This document shows positions 12,466-19,648 of a stretch of DNA of 64,000 bases, piece after piece. The position numbers and the translations under genes were made by a program. Origin of the DNA: Solirubrobacterales bacterium (lineage in GTDB: Bacteria > Actinomycetota > Thermoleophilia > Solirubrobacterales > 70-9); the NCBI GenBank assembly GCA_035472395.1, contig DATIPC010000098.1, positions 11,631 to 75,630 on the forward strand. The letters run 5' to 3'. The first letter of the stretch is position 1. The number at the start of each line of letters is the position of its first letter. The notes beneath the pieces were generated by a model that made no database searches, was not told where the DNA came from, and saw nothing but the letters and a program-made list of their open reading frames with translations.

Positions 12466-12695
12466 TGACCGTCGGCGGCTCGATCCTCTTGATAGCCGTA
12501 GGGGCGATTCTCTACTTTGCCACCAACCTGCACCTCGCCCACATCAGCATCGACACCGTCGGGCTGATCCTGATGATCGCTGGCGCCGCCGGACTGGTTC
12601 TCGGCCTGATTCAGCAGGCAATCTGGTCGCGACGCTCACGCCGCGACGTCATCGTCGAGGAACGCCGTGACCCCCGCGACCCGCCCCCCTACTAG
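12465..12695 (+). CDS. DUF6458-like small membrane protein
   Basis: 76 aa. MTVGGSILLIAVGAILYFA...VGLILMIAGAAGLVLGLI pattern, then a charged tail. Confidence 0.6.
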   Translation: MTVGGSILLIAVGAILYFATNLHLAHISIDTVGLILMIAGAAGLVLGLIQQAIWSRRSRRDVIVEERRDPRDPPPY

Positions 12696-12707
12696 AGGAG
12701 GAACCGA

Positions 12708-12983
12708 ATGTCCACCGTGCTGATCGTGATCATCGCAGTAGTCGTCCTCGCCCTCGCCGCTCTGCTCGTCTCGGCGGCCTCCCGGCGCAAACGCACACGG
12801 CGGATCGCCGAGACCCAGACCCAGGCCAAACAGGACGACGCTTCCCACCACCGCGAGCAAGCCCAGCGGGCCCGCACCGAGGCGGAGCTGGCGCAGGAGC
12901 GAGCGAAGCGGGCTGCCGCCGAGGCGGAGTTGAACGAGCGTCAAGCGAGCGAGCGCGAGCAGGAGCTGAAGAGCAGCGAATAG
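12708..12983 (+). CDS. membrane-anchored coiled-coil protein
   Basis: 91 aa. GGAGG SD upstream, N-terminal TM helix, then a Glu/Arg/Ala/Gln-rich helix. Confidence 0.6.
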   Translation: MSTVLIVIIAVVVLALAALLVSAASRRKRTRRIAETQTQAKQDDASHHREQAQRARTEAELAQERAKRAAAEAELNERQASEREQELKSSE

Positions 12984-13064
12984 GTAGGTGCCTCAGGGCT
13001 GACAAAGACGCACCCGGACCACAGGGCCGACTGGGCACTCCGGTGTAGGGAAGGGACCGGAGAG

Positions 13065-13223
13065 ATGTTCAGCTGTAAAAGATGTAGAAGCAGGTTCCAC
13101 CCGGAGCGGGCGGCGGCGATCGTCAATTGCCCTCGGTGCCTGCTGAGGGACGGCATCTCGTCGCCGCTCAGTTTCAGGCAGCGGCCCGAGGTGGGACTGA
13201 AAGGGCCAGGGCGAGCGAGATAG
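13065..13223 (+). CDS. 52-aa CxxC...CxxC zinc-ribbon mini-protein (below the ORF-track cutoff)
   Basis: My own translation: MFSCKRCRSRFHPERAAAIVNCPRCLLRDGISSPLSFRQRPEVGLKGPGRAR. GGAG lies just upstream. GC3 is high except in the first codons. Confidence 0.35.
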   Translation: MFSCKRCRSRFHPERAAAIVNCPRCLLRDGISSPLSFRQRPEVGLKGPGRAR

Positions 13224-13233
13224 GTTTCCGGCC

Positions 13234-13626
13234 ATGTCGAGGCGCACGCTGATGCTGGCCAATGCCGGGTTTCGGCTGGCCTATGGGATCGGCGGACTGG
13301 TGTCGCCTGCCGCGATGGGCCGGCTGCGGCTGGCGGCCGATACCCCGGAGCGCCCCGATGCGCGGCTTTTCGTTCGCGGCTTCAGCGCCCACCAGATCGG
13401 CATTGCCGCGCTCGGGCTCGCCAGCCTGCGCTGGCCACGGCTGGCGCGAACGGGTGCGCTTGCCGCCGTGGCGATCGATCTCGCCGACATGCTCTCCGCA
13501 GCAGTGGAGGCGGGCGAACGGGGTGAGCTCGGAGGCGACCTGGCGGGTGGGCTGGTGTTCTCGGCGGCTGGCGTCGCCACGGCATCGGCCGCCCTGCGGG
13601 CTCCGGAGCAGCCAGGAAGCAGATGA
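13234..13626 (+). CDS. hypothetical membrane protein
   Basis: 130 aa with several hydrophobic segments. Stop overlaps the start of the next gene. Confidence 0.5.
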   Translation: MSRRTLMLANAGFRLAYGIGGLVSPAAMGRLRLAADTPERPDARLFVRGFSAHQIGIAALGLASLRWPRLARTGALAAVAIDLADMLSAAVEAGERGELGGDLAGGLVFSAAGVATASAALRAPEQPGSR

Positions 13627-14123
13627 CCGAAGTTCTGCCAGACGTCCTCTGCCCCGATCTGCGGGTCGTCTTCTGCGGCACCGCGGCGGGCACCGCCTCA
13701 GCCCGAGCCAAGGCCTACTACGCCGGCCCGGGCAACGGGTTCTGGCGGACGCTCCACGAGACCGTGCTGACGCCGGTCGAGCTGGCGCCGGCTGAATTCA
13801 AGCGGCTGCCGGAGTACGGGATCGGCCTCACCGACATCTGCAAGGTGCTGCACGGCTCCGACCTGGAGGTCGGCACGGTCGAGTTCGACATCGCGGGGCT
13901 CGAGGCACGGATCGCCGCAGCCGAACCCGCCAACCTCGCCTTCAACGGCAAGAACGCAGCCCGCGGCGCGCTCGAACGCGACGTCGAGTGCGGACCCCAG
14001 CCCGAGCGGATCGGCGGCGCGGCGGTCTGGGTCCTGCCTTCCACCTCCGGCGCCGCGCGTCGCTTCTGGGACATCGAGCCCTGGCGTTGCCTGGCCGACG
14101 CGTGCTCCTCTCGAGGCGCTTGA
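13623..14123 (+). CDS. Mug/TDG-fold (UDG family 2-like) DNA glycosylase homologue
   Basis: Aligns without gaps to my recollection of E. coli Mug: LRVVFCG....., NGFW (NRFW), WVLPSTSG (WVLPNPSG). The GINPG motif reads GTAAG. Confidence 0.7.
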   Translation: MTEVLPDVLCPDLRVVFCGTAAGTASARAKAYYAGPGNGFWRTLHETVLTPVELAPAEFKRLPEYGIGLTDICKVLHGSDLEVGTVEFDIAGLEARIAAAEPANLAFNGKNAARGALERDVECGPQPERIGGAAVWVLPSTSGAARRFWDIEPWRCLADACSSRGA

Positions 14124-14124
14124 C

Positions 14125-14397
14125 TCAGCCCTGGTCCTGAAAGAGCTGCCCGGAGCGGATCCGCTCCGCCATATCCGCTGAGTCCTCGCGATAGACCCGT
14201 CCGTCCTCGAGCTCGATCACGGGGTACTTCCGCTGGTCGGAGAGACGATCGAGCTCGTCTCGCTTGCCCGACCGCAGCGGGCCCTTGACGACCTCGTACT
14301 CGATTCCCTCTTCGTCGAGCGCCTTCTGCACACGCCAGCAGGGATGGGCGTCGATCTTGACCCACATGGTCGAGCAGCGATGAAGCTTGACCGCCAT
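14125..14397 (-). CDS. glutaredoxin/GST-N-like small thioredoxin-fold protein
   Basis: 90 aa. HPCWRVQKALDEEGIEYEVV and KYPVIELEDG are typical of the Grx2/GST N-terminal fold. Confidence 0.55.
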   Translation of the reverse strand: MAVKLHRCSTMWVKIDAHPCWRVQKALDEEGIEYEVVKGPLRSGKRDELDRLSDQRKYPVIELEDGRVYREDSADMAERIRSGQLFQDQG

Positions 14398-14446
14398 TAG
14401 TCCTCACCCTAGTCCGGCGCGACTGGCGAAGCAAGGGTCAGTGCGC

Positions 14447-14476
14447 TTGACAAGTGACTATTTAGTCACCTATTAT
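14447..14476 (+). promoter_or_regulatory. promoter TTGACA-18 nt-TATTAT with embedded palindromic operator GTGACTA-TT-TAGTCAC; leaderless start
   Basis: Read directly: -35 at 14447-14452, palindrome at 14454-14469, -10 at 14471-14476, ATG at 14483 (6 nt after the -10). Confidence 0.55.
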
Positions 14477-14482
14477 CTCACC

Positions 14483-15214
14483 ATGGACGAGGTGTTCAAA
14501 GCCCTGGCGGATCCGACTCGGCGGCGCCTGCTCGACGCCCTCTTCGGGGAGGACGGGCAGACGCTGAGCGCCTTGGAGGGGCAGCTGCCGATGACGCGGT
14601 TCGGCGTCATGAAGCACCTCAAGGTGCTCGAGGGGGCCAATTTGGTGACCACCAAGCGGCGCGGTCGCGAGAAGCTCCACTTCCTCAACCCCGTCCCGAT
14701 CCGGCTCGTCCACGACCGCTGGGTGAGCAAGTACGCCGAGCCCTGGGCCGCGGGGCTCGGCGGCCTCAAGAAAGCAATCGAGAAGGAGAACCCGATGGAG
14801 AAAGTCTTCGAGATCTACATCCGCACCACGCCGGAGCGCCTCTGGGAGGCGATCACCGACGGCACCACGATGCGGGTCCTGGTCGGGCCCGACTACGACG
14901 GCGAGCTTCCCAAGTCCACCGCCGAGCAGCTGGAGGCCGATCCACCCCGTCGTCTGGTCCAGCGCATGGTCGCCGAATGGAGCGAGGAGGTGAAGCGCGA
15001 AGGTCCCTCGCGAATCACCTGGGAGATCGAGCCGGTCGGCAGCTCCTGCCGGCTCAGGGTCACCCACGACGAACTACGCGAGGGCGCCAACGACGAGCTG
15101 TACGGCGGCTGGACGATGATCCTCTCGGCCCTCAAGACCTTCCTCGAGACCGGCGAGTACATCGACACCCCGGCCACCCTGCGCTTCGCCGCGGCGGCCG
15201 ACCAGCAGGCCTGA
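14483..15214 (+). CDS. ArsR-family HTH regulator fused to an SRPBCC (Aha1/START-like) domain
   Basis: MDEVFKALADPTRRRLLDAL...MTRFGVMKHLKVLEGANLV is the ArsR wHTH. The C-terminal part resembles the SRPBCC fold (ITWEIEP..CRLRVTHD). Start trimmed from 14387. Confidence 0.85.
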   Translation: MDEVFKALADPTRRRLLDALFGEDGQTLSALEGQLPMTRFGVMKHLKVLEGANLVTTKRRGREKLHFLNPVPIRLVHDRWVSKYAEPWAAGLGGLKKAIEKENPMEKVFEIYIRTTPERLWEAITDGTTMRVLVGPDYDGELPKSTAEQLEADPPRRLVQRMVAEWSEEVKREGPSRITWEIEPVGSSCRLRVTHDELREGANDELYGGWTMILSALKTFLETGEYIDTPATLRFAAAADQQA

Positions 15215-15227
15215 GCGACCCCGCGCC

Positions 15228-15254
15228 GCGACCGGCGGTCTCGCTGCCGGTCGC
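15228..15254 (+). terminator. hairpin after the ArsR-SRPBCC gene (no U-tract)
   Basis: GCGACCGGC (15228-15236) / GCCGGTCGC (15246-15254), 14 nt after the stop codon. Confidence 0.3.
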
Positions 15255-15271
15255 GGGCAGAGGTCCGCCTG

Positions 15272-15333
15272 CCCAACGGACCCTGCATATCCAGAGATAC
15301 GCGCCTCCTCTCCCTGTAGTAACCCCAGAAACG
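15272..15333. repeat. repeat family A, copy 2
   Basis: CCCAACGGACCC..CATAT..AGAGATAC..CTCCTCTCCCTGTAGTAACCCCAGAAACG, in the same orientation as copy 1. Confidence 0.7.
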
Positions 15334-15419
15334 TCCGCGAAGCGAGCCGGTTCCGTTGCCACCAAGAAGGCCCGGGAAAGCTAGCCGATTGAGCGCTTTG
15401 GTGCAAGCTCTATCTGGGA

Positions 15420-17456
15420 TCAGCTCAGCGCGGGCTCGCCGGAGCGCAACGCGGCAAGCACCCGCTCGGCCACAGACTCCCCCGTCAGGCCGACCTCCTC
15501 GCGCAGCAACGCCGGCTTGCCGTGGGTGACGTAGCGATCGGGGAGGCCCACCCTCATCACCCGGGCCCGGTCCTGCGGACGATCGGCAAAGGAGTCCTCG
15601 AGGTGCTCCAGCACGGCCGAGCCGAAACCGCCCGGCAGCACGTTCTCCTCGATCGTCACGACCAGATCGTGGCCGAGCGCCAACCGCTCCAGCAGCTCCG
15701 CGTCGAGTGGCTTGGCGAAGCGGGCGTCGGCGACGGTCGGGCGAAGATCGTGGGCGGCGAGGATCTCGGCCGCCCGCAGCGCAACCGGGACGCCGTAGCC
15801 GTAACCCAGCAGCGCGACCCGCTCGCCGCTCGCCAGCAGCTCACCGCTGCCGATCGGAATCGCCACCGGCTCGGCCGGCAGCTCGACCCCCTCAGCCGCA
15901 CCGCGCGGATAGCGCAGCGCCGCCGGGCCTTCGTGGCCGATCGCGGTGCGCAGCATGTGGACCAGCATCGCCTCATCGCGCGGTGCCATCACGACCACGT
16001 TGGGCAGCGGTCGGAAGTAGGAGACGTCGAAGGCACCGTGGTGGGTCGGACCGTCGTCTCCGACCAGGCCGGCCCGATCCATGACGAAGGTCACGTCGAG
16101 CTGCTGCAGGCAGACGTCGTGGATGATCTGGTCATAGGCGCGCTGCAGGAAGGTCGAGTAGATCGCGCAGACCGGCTTTGCCCCCTGCAGGGCAAGGCCG
16201 GAGGCGAGCAGGACCGCGTTCTGCTCGGCGATGCCGACGTCGTAGTACTGCTCGGGGATCTCGTCGGCGAGCTTCTGCAGCCCGGTCCCCCCCGCCATCG
16301 CGGCGGTGATTCCCACCACGCGCTCGTCGGCCTCGGCCTCGGCGACGATTGCGTCGGCGAAGACCTGCGTGTACTGCGGCGGCGCCCCCGCCACCGGCGG
16401 CTTCTCCAGTCGCTCCGGCGCGATCGACTCGGGCGAGTCGGACTCCTTCACCGCCACCGGCTTCGCCGCCGGCGCCCCGTTGACGATCGAGTTCGGCTTC
16501 GCCGCGTGCCACTTCTCCATCCCCTCCAGGCCGCCCTCCTCGGCTGGGGCGAAGCCCTTGCCCTTGACCGTGTGGATGTGGACGACGACCGGGCGGTCGG
16601 CCTCGAAGGCCTCGCGCAGGGCGTCGCGCAGAGCGTGCACGTCGTGGCCGTCGATCACCCCCATGTAGGCGAGGTCGAGCTCCTCGAAGAAGAGACCCGG
16701 CGCCCAGTAGGCCTTGATCGCCGACTTGATCTCCGGTCCCAGCCGTTCGATCCGTCTGCCAAATCCCAGCGGCAGCTTGGTCAGCCGGTCCTCGACGCCC
16801 TCGCGGGCGTGGTAGAGGCGCGGGTTGAGCCGCACCCGGTTGAAGTAGCGCGAGAGCGCCCCCACGTTGGGGGAGATCGACATCCCGTTGTCGTTGAGGA
16901 CGATCACGATCGGCGTCTGCAACCCCCCGGCCGCGTGCAGCGCCTCATAGGCGACGCCACCGGTCAGAGCGCCGTCGCCGATCACCGCGGCGACCCGTCC
17001 GTCCTCGCCGATCCCCTTGCGCATCGCCTCCTTCAGCCCGACCGCGTAGCCGATCGAGGTCGAGGCGTGGCCGGCGCCCATGATGTCGTGCTCGGACTCG
17101 GGGATCGAGCAGAACGGGGCCAGGCCTTCGTACTGGCGGATTGTCGGCAGCGCCTCGCGGCGGCCGGTGAGGATCTTGTGCGGATAGGCCTGGTGGCCGA
17201 CGTCCCAGAGGATCTTGTCGCGGGGCGAGTCGAGCAGGCTGTGTAGAGCCACAGCGAGCTCGCAGGTGCCGAGGTTGGCGCCGAAGTGGCCGCCGATCTC
17301 ACCGATCGTGTCGATGATGTAGGTGCGCATCTCCTGCGCGACCTGCTGCAACTGATCGTCGTCGAGCTCGTGCAGGTCGGCGGGAGAGTCGATCCCCTCG
17401 AGCAGGGTCGAGCCCTCTTCGGTCTTGTCTTCTGGCTTCTGCTGTCTGTCGCTCAT
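15420..17456 (-). CDS. dxs: 1-deoxy-D-xylulose-5-phosphate synthase
   Basis: 678 aa. GHQAYPHKILTGRR, GDGALTGG and DVGIAEQ motifs. Confidence 0.95.
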   Translation of the reverse strand: MSDRQQKPEDKTEEGSTLLEGIDSPADLHELDDDQLQQVAQEMRTYIIDTIGEIGGHFGANLGTCELAVALHSLLDSPRDKILWDVGHQAYPHKILTGRREALPTIRQYEGLAPFCSIPESEHDIMGAGHASTSIGYAVGLKEAMRKGIGEDGRVAAVIGDGALTGGVAYEALHAAGGLQTPIVIVLNDNGMSISPNVGALSRYFNRVRLNPRLYHAREGVEDRLTKLPLGFGRRIERLGPEIKSAIKAYWAPGLFFEELDLAYMGVIDGHDVHALRDALREAFEADRPVVVHIHTVKGKGFAPAEEGGLEGMEKWHAAKPNSIVNGAPAAKPVAVKESDSPESIAPERLEKPPVAGAPPQYTQVFADAIVAEAEADERVVGITAAMAGGTGLQKLADEIPEQYYDVGIAEQNAVLLASGLALQGAKPVCAIYSTFLQRAYDQIIHDVCLQQLDVTFVMDRAGLVGDDGPTHHGAFDVSYFRPLPNVVVMAPRDEAMLVHMLRTAIGHEGPAALRYPRGAAEGVELPAEPVAIPIGSGELLASGERVALLGYGYGVPVALRAAEILAAHDLRPTVADARFAKPLDAELLERLALGHDLVVTIEENVLPGGFGSAVLEHLEDSFADRPQDRARVMRVGLPDRYVTHGKPALLREEVGLTGESVAERVLAALRSGEPALS

Positions 17457-18316
17457 TCGTTCCTGGTGAAGATGTAGTCGGCGATCCCTCTCAGGTTGCC
17501 GGTGTCGCCGCTTGCCTCGCCCAGCGCCGCGATCGCCTTGGCGTGGGACTCGGCCGCGAGCCCGCGTGCCCGCTCCAGGCCGAAGAGGCTGACGTAGGTG
17601 AGTTTGCCATGTCGCTCGTCGCTTCCGTGGGGCTTGCCGAGCTGCTCGTCGCTTCCGGTCACGTCAAGGATGTCGTCGACGATCTGGAAGAGGACGCCGA
17701 GCTCACCGGCGAACCGGCGATAGGGAATTGTCTCAGGTTCGGCGAGGCCCTCGAGGATTAGGACGACGCCGATGCCGGCGGCGATCAACTGACCCGTCTT
17801 CAGCCCGTGCAGGGCGCGCAGCGCCTCGGCGTCGCGGGCGTCGCCGGCGACGTCGACGTACTGGCCGCCGACCATGCCGTCGACTCCGGTCGCCCCGGTC
17901 AACTCGCCCAAAGCGGCGAGCACGCGGGCCGGCTCGCCGGGCTGTTCGCAGAAGAGCCGGATCGCCTCGGCAAAGAGGCCGTCGCCAGCCAGGATCGCCA
18001 CGTCCTCGCCGAACTTGACGTGCGACGTGGGCAGCCCACGGCGCAGATCGTCGTCGTCCATCGCCGGCAGGTCGTCGTGGATCAGCGAGTAGGTGTGGAT
18101 CAGCTCGACCGCTGCGGCCACCCTCAGGTAGCGCTCCGGGTCGGCGCCCAGGGCACGGGCGGTGGCCAGGGTGAGGACGGGACGCACGCGCTTGCCCCCC
18201 GCCAGCAACGAGTACCGCATCGCCTCCTCGAGCCCCTCCGTAGCCGTGATCGCCGAGAAGCGCAGCCGCTCCAGCTCGGCGTCAACCAGCGCGCGCAGAT
18301 CCTCCGGGTAGCTCAT
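17453..18316 (-). CDS. polyprenyl diphosphate synthase (FPP/GGPP synthase type)
   Basis: 287 aa. First and second Asp-rich motifs LIHDDLPAMDDDDLRRG and FQIVDDILD. ATGA overlap with dxs. Confidence 0.9.
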   Translation of the reverse strand: MSYPEDLRALVDAELERLRFSAITATEGLEEAMRYSLLAGGKRVRPVLTLATARALGADPERYLRVAAAVELIHTYSLIHDDLPAMDDDDLRRGLPTSHVKFGEDVAILAGDGLFAEAIRLFCEQPGEPARVLAALGELTGATGVDGMVGGQYVDVAGDARDAEALRALHGLKTGQLIAAGIGVVLILEGLAEPETIPYRRFAGELGVLFQIVDDILDVTGSDEQLGKPHGSDERHGKLTYVSLFGLERARGLAAESHAKAIAALGEASGDTGNLRGIADYIFTRNE

Positions 18317-18374
18317 CTCCGGTGCGCCTTATGTATCCAGTGGGTGCAAAAGGCGCACCGGAACCGACTGCCCA

Positions 18375-18554
18375 CTATGAGCCCGCCGACTCGCGGATGC
18401 GGCGGTTCGCCTCCTCGACCGCCTCCGTGGAGAGCTCCGCCGCCTCGCGGGCCAGCTCTGCTGCTCGCTCGTCGCTCGCCTCGGAGCCCTCCAACTCGAC
18501 CGCGATCGCCTTCAGCCTGACGGAGATCTCCCGCAGGCGAGCTTGCTCGCTCAC
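18375..18554 (-). CDS. 59-aa helical protein at the xseB position (possible exonuclease VII small subunit-like)
   Basis: My own translation: VSEQARLREISVRLKAIAVELEGSEASDERAAELAREAAELSTEAVEEANRRIRESAGS. It lies directly upstream of the polyprenyl synthase and dxs, as xseB does in the E. coli xseB-ispA-dxs operon. Similarity is only pattern-level. Confidence 0.3.
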   Translation of the reverse strand: MSEQARLREISVRLKAIAVELEGSEASDERAAELAREAAELSTEAVEEANRRIRESAGS

Positions 18555-18935
18555 TCAGCTCACCCCCTGCCGCTCGCGCACGATTGCGCCAAGGATCCCG
18601 TTGACGAAGCCAGGCGCGTCAGCGCCGCAGTACTCCTTGGCAATTTCGACCGCCTCGTCGATCGCGACCTCGGCCGGCACGTCCTCGCTGTACTCGATCT
18701 CGTAGAGCGCCACCCGCATCACGTTGAGCTCCAGCGACGCGATCCGCGCCAGCTCCCAGCCGCGGGCATGGCGATCGATCGTCTCGTCCAACTCCTCGCG
18801 CCGCGCCTCGACCGCCTCGGCGAGCTCGCGCGTGAACGGCCGTGCCTCGCCCAGCTGCTCCTCCAGAGGGCGCCCGGTGACGTCGCGCTGGTAGCAGGCG
18901 AAGACGGCGTCGCGGCGCTGGTCGGATCTGCGCAT
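18555..18935 (-). CDS. nusB: transcription antitermination factor NusB
   Basis: 126 aa. RIASLELNVMRVALYEI...AIDEAVEIAKEY...FVNGILG. Confidence 0.9.
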   Translation of the reverse strand: MRRSDQRRDAVFACYQRDVTGRPLEEQLGEARPFTRELAEAVEARREELDETIDRHARGWELARIASLELNVMRVALYEIEYSEDVPAEVAIDEAVEIAKEYCGADAPGFVNGILGAIVRERQGVS

Positions 18936-18973
18936 GGCTGTCTATTCTCGCGCTTCGGGCGGCCGGTGGGCGC

Positions 18974-19534
18974 CTACGCGCGCGAGATGTACTCGCCGCT
19001 GCGGGTGTCGACCCGAATCGACTCGCCCTCGTCGATGAAGAGCGGGACCTGGACGACCACGCCCGACTCCAGGGTCGCCGGCTTGTTGCCGCCACCCGAG
19101 GCGGTGTCGCCCTTCACGCCGGGGTCGGTCTGCGTCACCTTCATCTCGATCGCGCCGGCCACCTGCACATCGCTGGGCTGCTCGTCGACGAAGAGGACGT
19201 CGACCTCGTCGTTGGGCAAGACCCACCTCATCGCCTCGCCGACGGCGCCAGCCGGGATCTCGATCTGCTCGTAGTCCTGGCTGTCCATGAAGACAGCGGC
19301 CTCGCCGGAGTCGTAGAGGTACTGCATCTTGCGCGACTCGGTGTGGACGGGCCTGAACTTCTCCCCCGCCCTGAACGTTTTGTCCTGAACGGAGCCGTCG
19401 TCGAGCTTGCGCAGCTTGGTCCGCACGAACGCCCCGCCCTTGCCGGGCTTGACGTGCTGGAACTCGATGATCTTGAAGACGGACCCATCGATTTCGATGT
19501 GGCTGCCGTTCTTGAATTGGTTGGTCGATATCAA
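18974..19534 (-). CDS. efp: elongation factor P
   Basis: 186 aa. ISTNQFKNGSHIEIDGSVFKIIEFQHVKPGKGGAFVRTKLR. The start codon is TTG. Confidence 0.95.
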   Translation of the reverse strand: MISTNQFKNGSHIEIDGSVFKIIEFQHVKPGKGGAFVRTKLRKLDDGSVQDKTFRAGEKFRPVHTESRKMQYLYDSGEAAVFMDSQDYEQIEIPAGAVGEAMRWVLPNDEVDVLFVDEQPSDVQVAGAIEMKVTQTDPGVKGDTASGGGNKPATLESGVVVQVPLFIDEGESIRVDTRSGEYISRA

Positions 19535-19648
19535 GGTTTTTACCTGCTAATTAGCGCTTTTTCTATGTGGGTGCCGATCTGGCCACCTCGGTGCGACAAA
19601 GCCTATTGGAGCCGTCACGTTCGGGACTTTGGTCAATGGTACGGAGCC

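Noticed and set aside
12060-15333. Family A copies as att-like direct repeats of an integrated element spanning 12.1-15.3 kb
   Set aside because: The copies are only partly identical apart from a 24-nt core. There is no integrase, recombinase or transposase. The enclosed genes have native GC. The repeats show helix-preserving substitutions more typical of RNA elements.
15272-15358. TPP riboswitch associated with dxs (a TPP-dependent enzyme)
   Set aside because: The element is downstream of dxs, not upstream. It lacks the CUGAGA and ACCUGAUCUGGAUAAUGCCAGCG-like cores of the THI element.
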